Shown here in pieces: positions 21,194 through 32,118 of a DNA stretch of 64,000 nt. A program made the position numbers and the translations under genes. Under the pieces are notes generated by a model, which saw nothing but the letters and a program-made list of their open reading frames with translations, had not been told where the DNA came from and did not search any database. Positions within the stretch are counted from its first letter, which is position 1, and every line of letters starts with the position of its first letter. The DNA is taken from contig MNRQ01000020.1 of the NCBI GenBank assembly GCA_001916035.1, positions 69,819-133,818 on the forward strand. Reading direction: 5' to 3'. Origin of the DNA: Clostridium sp. 27_14 (lineage in GTDB: Bacteria > Bacillota > Clostridia > TANB77 > CAG-508).

Positions 21194-21331
21194 CTAATTT
21201 TCTTCTTTTTCCTCGTTTTTATTAATTTTTTCTTCGTTTTTCTCATTTTTACTATTTTGTATCATTTTATTTATAGAATCTAATATATCATCTGAATTTT
21301 CATCAAAATTATCTTTTACTAAATTAAACAT
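21194..21331 (-). CDS. possible 45-aa acidic low-complexity peptide
   Basis: The ATG lies 1 nt after the stop of the upstream dTMP-kinase-like gene, with AAGAGG 9 nt upstream. Composition is low complexity, so it may not be real. Confidence 0.25.
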   Translation of the reverse strand: MFNLVKDNFDENSDDILDSINKMIQNSKNEKNEEKINKNEEKEEN

Positions 21332-21332
21332 T

Positions 21333-22025
21333 TTACATTACCTCTTTTTCATTTAAAATTTTTTCAATTTCTGCAAATATTTCTTCATGAATATCTTCAA
21401 TAGTACGAATTTCACAATTTCTTACACACTGTATTTCATACCAATTATATTTTTTTGATAACTTTATGGCCTCATTATATGCATCTCTTAAATGCTCTGT
21501 ACTTTTTTCATGAATATCCTTCTTATCTTCATGTGTAATTTTATTTTTCCTATTTTTCATTAATTTAACCGCATATTCTGTTGGCATATTCAAAAAGAAT
21601 ACTTGAGTTGGCACAGGTAAACCATACAAATTAAATTCAAAATCCCATAACCAATCCAAAAATTTTTTTCTTTCTTCTGCATCTCTTATTTTCCCAGCTT
21701 GATGTACCATATTTGAAGTAGTATATCTATCTGCCAATATAATGCCTCCATTATTATAATATTCTTGATACTCTCTTCTAAAAGTTATATATCTATCTGC
21801 TGCATAAAAAGTTGAAGCAATATATGGACTTATTTTTTTTGGATCATCTCCTAATTCACCTTTCAAATATATTTTCACAAGTTCAGAACTATTGCTTTCA
21901 TAATTTGGAAAACTAACACTTTTATATTTGATATTCTCTTTTTCAAATCTATTTTTTAATTTTTCCAATTGAGTTTGTTTTCCACTTGAATCAGTTCCCT
22001 CTATTACAAATAACTTTCCCATCAC
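21333..22025 (-). CDS. thymidylate (dTMP) kinase family protein
   Basis: P-loop FVIEGTDSSGKQTQ and DRY motif (AADRY). Confidence 0.7.
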   Translation of the reverse strand: MMGKLFVIEGTDSSGKQTQLEKLKNRFEKENIKYKSVSFPNYESNSSELVKIYLKGELGDDPKKISPYIASTFYAADRYITFRREYQEYYNNGGIILADRYTTSNMVHQAGKIRDAEERKKFLDWLWDFEFNLYGLPVPTQVFFLNMPTEYAVKLMKNRKNKITHEDKKDIHEKSTEHLRDAYNEAIKLSKKYNWYEIQCVRNCEIRTIEDIHEEIFAEIEKILNEKEVM

Positions 22026-22181
22026 ATTTTCTCCTTTCGTACATATAAATTAAAAAAATTTTATATCGTTCACTATCTTTCTAATTATAATTGTAGTATA
22101 ATTATTTCACTAAAAAAATTATACTACAAAAAAAAACAGAACACAATTATTTTACACAATTTAATTGAAAGGATTGATATT

Positions 22182-23384
22182 ATGAATTCAACAAAAAAAT
22201 TTTCCAACTATTCAGCTAATCCCAATAATCCAAATTGGGAAAATATAATCTCAAGAACTAAACCTCTATACCAAAGAGAAACTGATTTAAGAGACATTTT
22301 TGAACGTGATTATACACGTATAATCCACTCTACAGCTTATAGACGTCTAAAACATAAAACCCAAGTATTTTTTTCTCCAGACAATGACCATATTTGCACA
22401 AGAATCGAACATGTTACATTGGTTGATTCCATTAGTCATACAATCGCACAATATCTAGGTCTAAATACTAATTTAACACACGCAATTGCCGTTGCACACG
22501 ATTTAGGCCATAGTCCTTTTGGTCATGCTGGTGAAAAAATTTTATCTTCTATTTCTATGCGTGATTTGGGTATTAGTTTTTGGCATGAAAAAAATGGACT
22601 AGATTTTGTAGATTATATAGAATTATTAGAAGACTCTGAAAGTTGTAAGCAAAATCTCAATCTAACTTATGGAGTAAGAGACGGTATTATTTCACATTGT
22701 GGTGAAATTGATGAAAACTCTGTTAGACCTAGAAACGACTTTATTGATTTAAAAGATTATACAAAACCAAATCAATTCGCACCATATACATGGGAAGGCT
22801 GTGTTGTAAAAATTTCTGATAAAATTTCTTATGTTTGCCGTGACATTGAAGATAGCGTAACACTTGGAATCTTAGACAATTGTTCTAATGAATTACATAA
22901 ATTGCTTAACTTAAATAATTTTGAAAACATAAACAATACTAATGTAATAAACGAATTAGTGTACGATTTATGTACAAATTCTTCTTTTGAAAAAGGTTTA
23001 TGTTTTTCAGATAAATATCTTAACTTGTTAAACGAATTAAAAGCCTTTAATTATAAAAATATATATTTCTGTGATAGAATTCAACCTTCTATTAGATATT
23101 TTGAAGTTGTTCTAAACGAAATATATAACATACTAAAATCATATTATTCAAATGACTTACAAACAAGTTTAAACAAACTTTGCCATGTTTACCCAAAACT
23201 TGGAAATAGCTTTAAAGGATTTATAAATCTATTCTATGATTTTGGTGATAGAACTTTTTGCAAAAATACTATATTATTTTCTTCAAACAATGAAAAAGAC
23301 TTTTATCACTGCATTTTATATTACATATCCGGTATGACAGACCACTTTGCTATAGAAGCATATCAAGAAATTATAGGATTTTAA
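22182..23384 (+). CDS. dGTP triphosphohydrolase-like HD-domain protein
   Basis: RDYTRIIHSTAYRRLKHKTQVF N-terminus and the HD pair (AVAHDLGHSPFGH). Confidence 0.8.
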   Translation: MNSTKKFSNYSANPNNPNWENIISRTKPLYQRETDLRDIFERDYTRIIHSTAYRRLKHKTQVFFSPDNDHICTRIEHVTLVDSISHTIAQYLGLNTNLTHAIAVAHDLGHSPFGHAGEKILSSISMRDLGISFWHEKNGLDFVDYIELLEDSESCKQNLNLTYGVRDGIISHCGEIDENSVRPRNDFIDLKDYTKPNQFAPYTWEGCVVKISDKISYVCRDIEDSVTLGILDNCSNELHKLLNLNNFENINNTNVINELVYDLCTNSSFEKGLCFSDKYLNLLNELKAFNYKNIYFCDRIQPSIRYFEVVLNEIYNILKSYYSNDLQTSLNKLCHVYPKLGNSFKGFINLFYDFGDRTFCKNTILFSSNNEKDFYHCILYYISGMTDHFAIEAYQEIIGF

Positions 23385-23466
23385 CACCACGAACAAAAAG
23401 ATATGATTACTGCCAAAACCCAAAATTGGATATTTCAGCTATAATCATATCTTTTTTTACCCTTTT

Positions 23467-24741
23467 TTATTCTTCAACACTCTTATTCATCCAATCTTTA
23501 CCATCAACAACTCTTGCCACCATCATTGAAGAAACTGTATCTCCAACAACATTTAATGCCGTTGCCGGTGCATCAATTATTGTAGCAATCATCGTTAAAA
23601 TAGGTAAAGCTGCCACTGGATAACCCATCATTGTTATAATTAACATTTCAGAAATTGTTCCACCACCAATTGGAACAGCTGTAACCAACAAATTAGCCAA
23701 TAATGCAATACCTAAAACTCCCATTACATCCCCAGTTGTAGCTAGACTTGTTCCAAATAAACAAACTAGAAACATTATTTTAAATACTGAACCTATAATA
23801 GAACCATCTTTATGAAAGCTCGTTCCTAAAGGTATTGTTGTCTCTGCTATATCTTCTGGCACTCCCATTTTTTTACTACATTCAATATTTACTGGAATTG
23901 ATGCAGCACTAGAACATGTAGCCAATGCTGTTAATGTTGATGGCAATGCATTTTTCCAAAATGCTCTTATTCCCTTTGTTCCTCCTGCTATCCACGCATA
24001 TATTGTATACATTACAAAATAAAAAGCAATTGCAACTATTGTATATATTACAAACGTTTTTAAATATCCAACTGCAATAGAAGCTCCAAAACTTCCTACA
24101 AATGCTGCAAAATAGCATCCCAAACCTATAGGAGCATAATACATTATAATTTTTACTATATTAGCAACAACCTCATTTGCAGATTGCACAAATTCTTTTA
24201 CTTGTTTTCCCTTTTCTCCAGCCATATTTATAGCAACACCAAATAAAATTGAGAAAACTAACACTGCTATTATATTATCTTTTGAAAGCAATTTAGAAAA
24301 ATCATTTACTGTTAATAAATTAACTGTTCTTTCAGCAATTGTAGGTTCATCTTCTTTTTCTTCTCCACTTGTTTCATCATTTCCTACATCTTGTTCTAAT
24401 GCTTGTTTTATTTTTTCACCATCTTCTGGATTTACTAATTTAACAAAATATGTACTTGCAAATCCCACAAATACAGCTATTATTGATGTAACAACAAATG
24501 TTCCTATTATTGTTACCATGATTTTTCCTAGCCTTTTGGGCGTTTTCATTTTTGTTATTGATGTTGTGATTGTTAAAAAGATTAAAGGGACTATTATGAC
24601 CAGTAATAGATTTAAAAATAGGTCACCTAAGGGTTTTAAAACTGCTGCTTTTTCTTGAAATATAATTCCAATGATCGCGCCAACAATTATTGCAGCTAAA
24701 AGTATTATTGTTGACTTGTAATTTGATAAAAATTTTTTCAT
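23467..24741 (-). CDS. dicarboxylate/amino acid:cation symporter (DAACS family)
   Basis: 424 aa, multi-TM, with family-typical segments SSAASIP and TALNVVGD. Confidence 0.75.
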   Translation of the reverse strand: MKKFLSNYKSTIILLAAIIVGAIIGIIFQEKAAVLKPLGDLFLNLLLVIIVPLIFLTITTSITKMKTPKRLGKIMVTIIGTFVVTSIIAVFVGFASTYFVKLVNPEDGEKIKQALEQDVGNDETSGEEKEDEPTIAERTVNLLTVNDFSKLLSKDNIIAVLVFSILFGVAINMAGEKGKQVKEFVQSANEVVANIVKIIMYYAPIGLGCYFAAFVGSFGASIAVGYLKTFVIYTIVAIAFYFVMYTIYAWIAGGTKGIRAFWKNALPSTLTALATCSSAASIPVNIECSKKMGVPEDIAETTIPLGTSFHKDGSIIGSVFKIMFLVCLFGTSLATTGDVMGVLGIALLANLLVTAVPIGGGTISEMLIITMMGYPVAALPILTMIATIIDAPATALNVVGDTVSSMMVARVVDGKDWMNKSVEE

Positions 24742-24902
24742 AATACTACCTCTTTTCTAAATAAAGGCAACTAGAAATATAATTATATCTCTAGGATTTT
24801 CTCCATTATATATTAATTATATTTTATTTGCAAGTATTTTATGAAATTTTGACATTTTAATACTTATTTTATATAATACAAAATTGAAAGGAAAGATATA
24901 AA

Positions 24903-25838
24903 ATGAACTCTTTACAACAATCAGAAAGATATAGACATTTAAACAACTATCTAAAAAACAAATTTGGAGAAAGAACTTTAAAAATATGCATAGATGGCAA
25001 CTTTACATGTCCAAACCGTGATGGAACAAAAGGAACATCTGGATGCATTTTTTGTAGTGAACGAGGATCTGGCGAACATATTTCATGCAATCACATACCA
25101 AGCAGTACAGAATCCATAAAATCACAAGTCTTAAACTATTTTTCAAGTTACAAAGCCAATCGTGCAAATAAATTTATCGCATACTTTCAAAATTTCACAA
25201 ATACTTACGATACTATTCCTAACCTAAAAACCAAATATGATTCTGCTTTAATTGATAATAGAATTGTAGGACTTTCTATAGCCACACGTCCAGACTGCAT
25301 AAATGAAGATATTGCAAAATTAATAAGAAGTTATAGTAATAACTATTATGTATGTGTTGAACTTGGTTTACAAACTTCAAATGACGATACAGGAAAATTA
25401 ATTTGTCGTGGATATACATCTAAAGATTTTACAAATGCCGTTTCAATTTTAAATAAATATAATATAGACTGTATTACACACATTATGGTAGGATTACCTA
25501 ATGAAACTGAAAATGATATACAAAATACAGTTACATTTTTAAATAACCATAATATTCAAGGGCTAAAAATTCATTCTACATATGTTATAAAAAATACTAC
25601 TTTAGCAGATTGGTATTATTCTGGTAAATACACCCCTATCACCCTAGACTTTTATTTAAAAAATTTATCATACATTATTACCCACATTTCTCCAGAAATA
25701 ATTATTCACCGTATTTCTGGTGATGCTCCTAAAGATTTACTAATTGCTCCTGATTGGAACTTGCATAAAAAATGGATTTTAAATGGATTTGATAAATTAA
25801 TGGCAGAACAAAATCTATATCAAGGATTATATTATTAA
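24903..25838 (+). CDS. TIGR01212/YtqA-type radical SAM protein
   Basis: Cys cluster CPNRDGTKGTSGCIFC and overall YtqA-like length and order. Confidence 0.75.
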   Translation: MNSLQQSERYRHLNNYLKNKFGERTLKICIDGNFTCPNRDGTKGTSGCIFCSERGSGEHISCNHIPSSTESIKSQVLNYFSSYKANRANKFIAYFQNFTNTYDTIPNLKTKYDSALIDNRIVGLSIATRPDCINEDIAKLIRSYSNNYYVCVELGLQTSNDDTGKLICRGYTSKDFTNAVSILNKYNIDCITHIMVGLPNETENDIQNTVTFLNNHNIQGLKIHSTYVIKNTTLADWYYSGKYTPITLDFYLKNLSYIITHISPEIIIHRISGDAPKDLLIAPDWNLHKKWILNGFDKLMAEQNLYQGLYY

Positions 25839-25967
25839 TAAATATACCAAAAAAGTGCAATAATAATTGTTGACTTTTTATGTAAATATTGTTATAATAT
25901 ATTTATAGTTTTTATATAATTCCTCATACAGGGAAAAAACACACTAAAGTATTAAGGAGGAAGTAAT

Positions 25968-26336
25968 ATGGATAATATTACAGTAACAAAAAAGAATAAT
26001 AAATTCTATGTTGAATTTATTGATGGAGATGTCTACAGTTGTACTGTAAAAGAGATTAATAAATTAAAAGACATTATCCTTGAAAAAACATCTGTAGCTG
26101 TAGAAAGTAATGATTTAGTTCCGATTTTTGTCCGGATAAAAACAAAAGCTTGTATATCTGCTCAAATCAAACCCACCGTTGCAATTAAAAACGAAATCAT
26201 TTTTGTAGCTCTCCCTGAGCTGCTAGTACGGTACGACTTCGATTATGAACACATCCTCGAAATCATAGAATTACTCAACATCCAGGATCTTTTGAAAGTT
26301 TTAACTTTCGAAGATAATGTAGAAAACTTGTTATAA
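25968..26336 (+). CDS. hypothetical protein (122 aa)
   Basis: aaggagg RBS and a clean ORF followed by the hairpin at 26349-26379. Confidence 0.5.
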   Translation: MDNITVTKKNNKFYVEFIDGDVYSCTVKEINKLKDIILEKTSVAVESNDLVPIFVRIKTKACISAQIKPTVAIKNEIIFVALPELLVRYDFDYEHILEIIELLNIQDLLKVLTFEDNVENLL

Positions 26337-26386
26337 TTATTATCTATGCCAAAAAAGGAACCGATGGTTCCTTTTTTGGTTATCTA

Positions 26387-27145
26387 CTATTTCTTATCTA
26401 GCTTAAATTCATCTATTTTGTCTTTTATATCTTCTTTTTGTTCCTCTATTTGCTCTTTTATTTTCCTAGTTTTTTCTTTTATCTTAAATTTAACAGCCTG
26501 AATTTTTGGATATGCATTTATTAATCTTCTATGTAAAGCAGATTTCTTTTGTAATATCTCTCTAACCTTTTTAGTAATCTCCTCTGTATTATCCATTTTT
26601 TCACCAAGTTGTTTTGTCGTTGTCTTTATGCTATTATTAATAATTCCTGATACAATATTATCAATAACAAAAATAGATAAAACACTCCAGAATATTATAT
26701 TCAACCATAAAGATGGTAGCTTTTCTAATTGCCCAATTAAAAATGGATTAGATATATACATTATAAACATTCCTAAAATACCAAAAGCAATTAAATTACT
26801 AAGACATATCCTTCCATTAATATTAAATTTTTTGCTACTATAATCCCACCATCTAGCATGATAAATTTTTTCCATAAAATAACTTGTTAAATACTCCAAA
26901 ATTCCACACACAACAACAGCCATTACAAATAACACAACTGGATCTTGCACATATTTATTTAAGAAAAATGTTATTAAAAGAGCACCTACACCATATATTG
27001 GGCAATATGGACCTATTAAAAATCCTCTATCTACAAATTTCTTATACTGTATTAATTTACAAACAACTTCCATACACCAGCCTATTACTGCATATATTAT
27101 AAAAAGCAAAAAATATACTTTTAAATCTATTCCATATATTTGCAA
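26387..27145 (-). CDS. multi-TM membrane protein (resembles the putative ABC-transporter type IV family)
   Basis: GWCMEV...GPYCPIYG segments and a charged coiled C-terminal tail. TTG start. Confidence 0.5.
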   Translation of the reverse strand: MQIYGIDLKVYFLLFIIYAVIGWCMEVVCKLIQYKKFVDRGFLIGPYCPIYGVGALLITFFLNKYVQDPVVLFVMAVVVCGILEYLTSYFMEKIYHARWWDYSSKKFNINGRICLSNLIAFGILGMFIMYISNPFLIGQLEKLPSLWLNIIFWSVLSIFVIDNIVSGIINNSIKTTTKQLGEKMDNTEEITKKVREILQKKSALHRRLINAYPKIQAVKFKIKEKTRKIKEQIEEQKEDIKDKIDEFKLDKK

Positions 27146-27346
27146 CTTTCAATCATCCTTCCTCATCATTTTTACAGCTACATTATATTTAATTATCCTC
27201 ATCTTTGTCAAGTACATAAATTTTTATTTTTAATACTACACCTAAATTTCAAATAAAACCTATTCTTTATGCTCATTTCTAAAAATTTCTTTAAGCTCTT
27301 TATAAACACAAAAAAACTATCTACTACGATAGTTTTTTCGTTCACA

Positions 27347-27895
27347 TTATTTATTTTGATTTCTTTTTCTCTTGTAATAATACATTTCTTTGTCTGCTTC
27401 TTTTATAACTTGTTCCAAATCATGTTTTTCTTTATTTGCTAGATCATATCGTGAAATTCCATAAGAAATACTTAAGACTTCTGGTAATTCTTCTAACAAT
27501 TTCTCTATACTTTCCATAATATAATCCTGCTCGATATAATTTTTTATAATTACGTTTTCTTCGACTTTTTTAATAAATTCTTCAGTAATTTTTTTAGCAT
27601 CTTCAAGATTTTTCTCCATTATTACTGTAAATTCATCTCCACCTGTGCGGTAAACCCTACCATATTTTTGGTAATGTTCTTTCATAATCCGGGAAACATC
27701 TATCAATATTTTGTCTCCACAAACATGTCCACACAAATCGTTTATTTTTTTAAAGTCATTTATATCTTGAATTATAACTACACACTTTTCATCTTCCATA
27801 TTTAATTTATAATTTTTAAAACTTCTATGATTTAGCAAAGTAGTCAATCCATCTATACTTTGAATAAGTTCATAATAATATATATAAATAAACAT
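27347..27895 (-). CDS. GGDEF diguanylate cyclase domain (C-terminal part of a split gene)
   Basis: DGLTTLLNHRSF start of the domain and an intact GGDEF (RTGGDEFTVIM). Its frame stays open upstream to about 27994. Confidence 0.75.
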   Translation of the reverse strand: MFIYIYYYELIQSIDGLTTLLNHRSFKNYKLNMEDEKCVVIIQDINDFKKINDLCGHVCGDKILIDVSRIMKEHYQKYGRVYRTGGDEFTVIMEKNLEDAKKITEEFIKKVEENVIIKNYIEQDYIMESIEKLLEELPEVLSISYGISRYDLANKEKHDLEQVIKEADKEMYYYKRKRNQNK

Positions 27896-27927
27896 ATCAG
27901 ATAAAGCTGTTACAAGCCATATAAACT

Positions 27928-28488
27928 CTATCTCAGAATTACTATTTGTAGAAAAACAGATATTACTATAAATAACATTATACTTGCTAGTTCTATTTCA
28001 TTTTTATTTTGATAATATTTACAAAATAAGAATGCATTTATAAACATATACATAGTAACTAATATAAAGCTAATATTATAAAAAATATATATTATAGAAT
28101 AATTGTCACTTACTTGATACGTTAAAAATGCCAACCACATAATTATTTCATATATAATTAAATAATTTTTTATATGTTCATACCCTTTTCCCAATGTTCC
28201 TCTTATTTCAAAAACTGCATTCGAAATAAAAAATGGTATTAATGGTATTATGCAAAATTTAACTATTTTTGTTAAAATAACTATTGATTGTATTCTTTCG
28301 TAATTTACAAATTCTATTTGTAATATATATCCTATCCATTCTCCTACAATTCCAAATATTCCTAATAGAAAAGCAAATTTAAGACCTTTCCGTGCTTTTT
28401 TACTAAACTTTCCATTTGAGGAAACCATTATTAACAAAATTACAAAAACTGATATTGCCAAAAAATTAATCGTTGCATAATAACTCAT
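27928..28488 (-). CDS. multi-TM sensor-like domain (N-terminal part of the split GGDEF gene)
   Basis: Five to six TM helices and a GGGAGGA RBS before the ATG at 28488. It ends 32 nt before the first ATG of the GGDEF ORF. Confidence 0.6.
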   Translation of the reverse strand: MSYYATINFLAISVFVILLIMVSSNGKFSKKARKGLKFAFLLGIFGIVGEWIGYILQIEFVNYERIQSIVILTKIVKFCIIPLIPFFISNAVFEIRGTLGKGYEHIKNYLIIYEIIMWLAFLTYQVSDNYSIIYIFYNISFILVTMYMFINAFLFCKYYQNKNEIELASIMLFIVISVFLQIVILR

Positions 28489-28871
28489 ATTTTTTCCTCC
28501 CATTCCTTTTTCTCTTAATAATTCATAATCAAAATAAATTTTTAGTAAAACTTATATCTCTAAATTTTACTTTGTGATTTAACTATAAAACTTCATTTTA
28601 GTTTCCGTATATTATATCATATATCAACACAAAATTCAATATTTTACAATACTTTTCACTTATTTTGGAATTTTTTTACAATTATGTTTTGATATACTCA
28701 TAAATTTGATATGATATAGTATAAATTAATAATCCCAGAATCAACATACTTTAATTACCTTTTAACCTAAAATTTTTAATATCTTTAAAAAATAGTAATA
28801 AATTTTTGATACAAACATATAATATATTATAATTAAAAATCCACAATTTTTACTAAATTCCTTTAAAAGTA

Positions 28872-28900
28872 TTGACAAAATAACTTTTTAGACTTATAAT
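28872..28900 (+). promoter_or_regulatory. consensus promoter of tRNA-fMet
   Basis: TTGACA, 17 nt, TATAAT, located 15 nt upstream of the tRNA. Confidence 0.7.
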
Positions 28901-28914
28901 AGAAATTGTTACAT

Positions 28915-28990
28915 CGCGGGGTGGAGCAGTTGGCAGCTCGTCGGGCTCATAACCCGAAGGTCGATGGTTCGAGTCCATCCTCCGCAACCA
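28915..28990 (+). tRNA. initiator tRNA-fMet(CAT)
   Basis: CGCGGGG 5' end with a C1-A72 mismatch, three G-C pairs closing the anticodon stem (tcGGGctCATaaCCCga), and an encoded CCA. Confidence 0.9.
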
Positions 28991-29063
28991 TATATCAAAG
29001 TACTTGCTAAAAACAGCAAGTACTATTTTTTATACAAATTTCATACAAGAAAGTGAGATACAA

Positions 29064-29822
29064 ATGTTTGAAAAATACGCTGATTTAATCAAAGAAATGA
29101 ATAAATTCGAAAAAGAAAATATTTTAAACAAAAAATTCGAATTATACAATAACTCAAATATAAAAATTTTTTATGCCCCACATAATGAAATAATTAATAA
29201 AAATGCTAAAATATTTATTGTTGGAATCACTCCTGGATGGACCCAAACACGTATTGCATATCAAACTGCACATAAAGGTCTAAAAGATAATTTAAGTTAT
29301 GAACAAATTAAAAAAAATTGTAAAAAAAATTCAAGATTTGCAGGAAGTATGAGAAAAAATTTAGTACAAATGTTAGATAAATTAGAGTTAAACAATTATT
29401 TGCAACTTGAATCTTGTTCAAAACTATTTGAAGAAAACGATAACTTATTACATACTACATCTCTAATTCCTTACCCTGTATTTATAAACAACAAAAATTA
29501 TACTGGTTCTAATCCTAAAATTACAGAAAACAAAATATTATGGTCATACATCGAAAACTTCTTTTATAAAGAATATTTAGCTCTGCCAAATACATTAATT
29601 ATTCCTTTAGGAAAATCTGTAGAAGAAGTATTAAAAATATTAATAGAAAAAAATTTAATCAATAAAAAAAACTGCCTACTCGGATTTCCTCATCCATCAG
29701 GAGCAAATGGACATAGACAAAAACAATTCGAAAAAAATAAAAATTCGCTTTCAACAATACTTAAAAACTATTTTAAAAAACAAGAACAAAAGCGGACATT
29801 AATAATATTTATATTTATTTAA
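29064..29822 (+). CDS. UDG-superfamily-like protein (uncertain)
   Basis: KIFIVGITPGW and GFPHPSGANGHR resemble UDG motifs A and B. The last ~11 codons are supplied by the repeat element at 29788. Confidence 0.4.
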   Translation: MFEKYADLIKEMNKFEKENILNKKFELYNNSNIKIFYAPHNEIINKNAKIFIVGITPGWTQTRIAYQTAHKGLKDNLSYEQIKKNCKKNSRFAGSMRKNLVQMLDKLELNNYLQLESCSKLFEENDNLLHTTSLIPYPVFINNKNYTGSNPKITENKILWSYIENFFYKEYLALPNTLIIPLGKSVEEVLKILIEKNLINKKNCLLGFPHPSGANGHRQKQFEKNKNSLSTILKNYFKKQEQKRTLIIFIFI

Positions 29823-29998
29823 AATATTTTAAAGTCCGCGTCTTTGTTCGTGCGCGAAATTTGCAAAGCAAATTTCTGTGCATTTTTATTTGTTATATTG
29901 TAGAAAATTCTTCGAATTTTCTACAATATAACAAAAGCGGACATTAATAATATTTATATTTATTTAAAACATTTTAAAGTCCGCATCTTTGTTCATGC
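29788..29998 (+). repeat. composite hairpin repeat, units A-B-C-A
   Basis: A = GCGGAC-N36-GTCCGC (29788-29853, repeated at 29933-29998). B = gcgaaatttgc/gcaaatttc hairpin. C = perfect 45-nt palindrome at 29890-29934. Confidence 0.8.
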
Positions 29999-30015
29999 TC
30001 AAACTTTGTAAAACT

Positions 30016-30723
30016 TTATTTAACCACAATACTATCCTTTATTTCATTAAACTTATTATCTCCAATCCCTCTAACATTTTTAACGTCCTCAACACTTTTA
30101 AAATTACCATTTTCTTTTCTATACTGAACAATTTTATTAGCAATAGACGGACCTATACCACTTAAAGTTTCTAACTCCTCCTGTGTAGCCTTATTTATAT
30201 TAATTTTTTGCTGTTTTTTCTGTGCAGGACTACTTGAATCAGCACTTACATTAACACTTGAATTTTCAGTATCTAAACCACTTGACTGTGTCATATATAC
30301 ATTAGTACTATTTATATTACTATTTACCACCTTTTCACCTTGCAATGGTATTTTTATTTTCATACCGTCCTCTAATTTATAAGCTAAATTTATACTACTA
30401 GTATCTGCATTTGCTTTTAAACCTTCTGCCTGCTCTATAGCATCAGAAATTCTACTACCATCAGGTAATTCATATACTCCTTCTTTCTTTACTCCACCTG
30501 TTATATATATAATAATATTATCAATTTTTGCCTCATCTATTTTTTCATTTTGCACATTTTTTTCTTCTGACATATCATCATCTGTAATATTTTCATAAGG
30601 TAATATTTCATTTTTATTAATACTTGGAGTTTCTTTCCCATATACATAATATAATATTGCACCTAACAATATTATACATATTACTATTAAAATTATTTTC
30701 TGCTTTTTATTAAAATTTTTCAT
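30016..30723 (-). CDS. comEA: ComEA family DNA-binding protein
   Basis: N-terminal TM, SLBB-like middle region and a C-terminal double HhH (INKATQEELETLSGIGPSIANKIVQYR...VRGIG). Confidence 0.8.
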   Translation of the reverse strand: MKNFNKKQKIILIVICIILLGAILYYVYGKETPSINKNEILPYENITDDDMSEEKNVQNEKIDEAKIDNIIIYITGGVKKEGVYELPDGSRISDAIEQAEGLKANADTSSINLAYKLEDGMKIKIPLQGEKVVNSNINSTNVYMTQSSGLDTENSSVNVSADSSSPAQKKQQKININKATQEELETLSGIGPSIANKIVQYRKENGNFKSVEDVKNVRGIGDNKFNEIKDSIVVK

Positions 30724-30830
30724 ACACTCACATTCCTTTCATATTATAATAAATTCTATTAAAATTTCTTGAAAAAAAAGTAAAAAAATGATATATATTA
30801 TATACAAATAAAACACAAAGGAGAATTAAA

Positions 30831-32069
30831 GTGAAAAACAAAAAAATTTATACATTTTTAATGCTATTTTTACTGTTCATATTTTGTATATCCACAAAAT
30901 CCCATGCATCCAACAATGAGCCATCAATCACTTCAGGTTCTGCAATTCTATTAGAAAATTCAACTTCAAAAGTACTTTTTGAAAAAAATATAAATGAAAA
31001 ATTAGAACCTGCTAGCATTACAAAAATAATGACAGCCATTTTAGCTATAGAAAACTGTAATTTAGATGATGTAGTCACAGTACCTTATGAAGCAATTTCT
31101 AATATTCCTTCTGGATACAGTGTAGCACCACTTCAAACAGATGAACAAATTACAGTTGACCAATTACTTAGAGTTCTTATGGTACATTCTGCAAATGACG
31201 CAGCAAACGCTCTTGCTTACCATATAGATGGTTCTATACCAGCATTTGCCGAAAGAATGAATGCTAAACTTAATGCTTTAGGATTAAAAGATTCACATTT
31301 TACTAACCCAAGTGGACAACACGATACAAATCACTACTCAACAGCACATGACATAGCAATTTTATTACAATATTGCATGAAAAACACAACATTCAAAACA
31401 TATGCTAGTTTAAAATCATGTCAGCTCTCAGCAACTAACAAATCAGAGGAACGCAGTTTTCAAAACACAAACCCAATGTTACAACCAAATAGCTCATATT
31501 ATTACAAGCCACTCGTAACAACAAAAACAGGTTTTACATCACAAGCAATGTTCTGTTTAGCCTCATTTGCTAGCTACAATAATTTAGATTTAATATGTGT
31601 TATTTTACACTGTGATACATCAGATATTAGATTTAACGAAACTAAGAATTTATTTAACTATGGATTTCAAAACTTTGCATTTAAAGACATAGCATCAAAA
31701 GGAGATACAGTAACAGAAATTTCTGTTCACAATGCTACTGAAGAAACAAAATCATTAAAACTTGTATTAGCTGATAGTATAAGCACATTAATTAATACAT
31801 CAGATGATATTGAAACAATTTCTCCTCAAATAACATTAAAAGACATACCATCAGCACCAATCGCTAAAAACAAAGTTCTTGGCACAGCTACATACATAAT
31901 TAATGACAAATCTTATGTAGTTAATTTAATAGCTGCAAATGATGTACAACTATCAACATCAAAAACTTACTATTTGCAAATTATTTTACTAATAATAGTA
32001 GTTATTATTTTAATTATTCTCTTATTTTTTTGGAAAACTGATAAAAAAGATAAAAAAATTACTGAATAA
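30831..32069 (+). CDS. D-alanyl-D-alanine carboxypeptidase (PBP5/S11 family)
   Basis: Signal peptide, SITK (SxxK), HSAND (SxN) and KTGFT (KTG), plus a C-terminal TM anchor. GTG start after ggaga. Confidence 0.85.
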   Translation: MKNKKIYTFLMLFLLFIFCISTKSHASNNEPSITSGSAILLENSTSKVLFEKNINEKLEPASITKIMTAILAIENCNLDDVVTVPYEAISNIPSGYSVAPLQTDEQITVDQLLRVLMVHSANDAANALAYHIDGSIPAFAERMNAKLNALGLKDSHFTNPSGQHDTNHYSTAHDIAILLQYCMKNTTFKTYASLKSCQLSATNKSEERSFQNTNPMLQPNSSYYYKPLVTTKTGFTSQAMFCLASFASYNNLDLICVILHCDTSDIRFNETKNLFNYGFQNFAFKDIASKGDTVTEISVHNATEETKSLKLVLADSISTLINTSDDIETISPQITLKDIPSAPIAKNKVLGTATYIINDKSYVVNLIAANDVQLSTSKTYYLQIILLIIVVIILIILLFFWKTDKKDKKITE

Positions 32070-32118
32070 AATCTTTGAAAAAAGAATTTGTATGCCCTAT
32101 CCTACACTAGATAGGGCA

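Noticed and set aside
22182-23384. dGTPase-like HD protein as an anti-phage dNTP-depletion effector
   Set aside because: It sits in ordinary core context, divergent from a dTMP-kinase-like gene, with no MGE or defence neighbours. It looks like the common housekeeping Dgt-like paralogue of clostridia.
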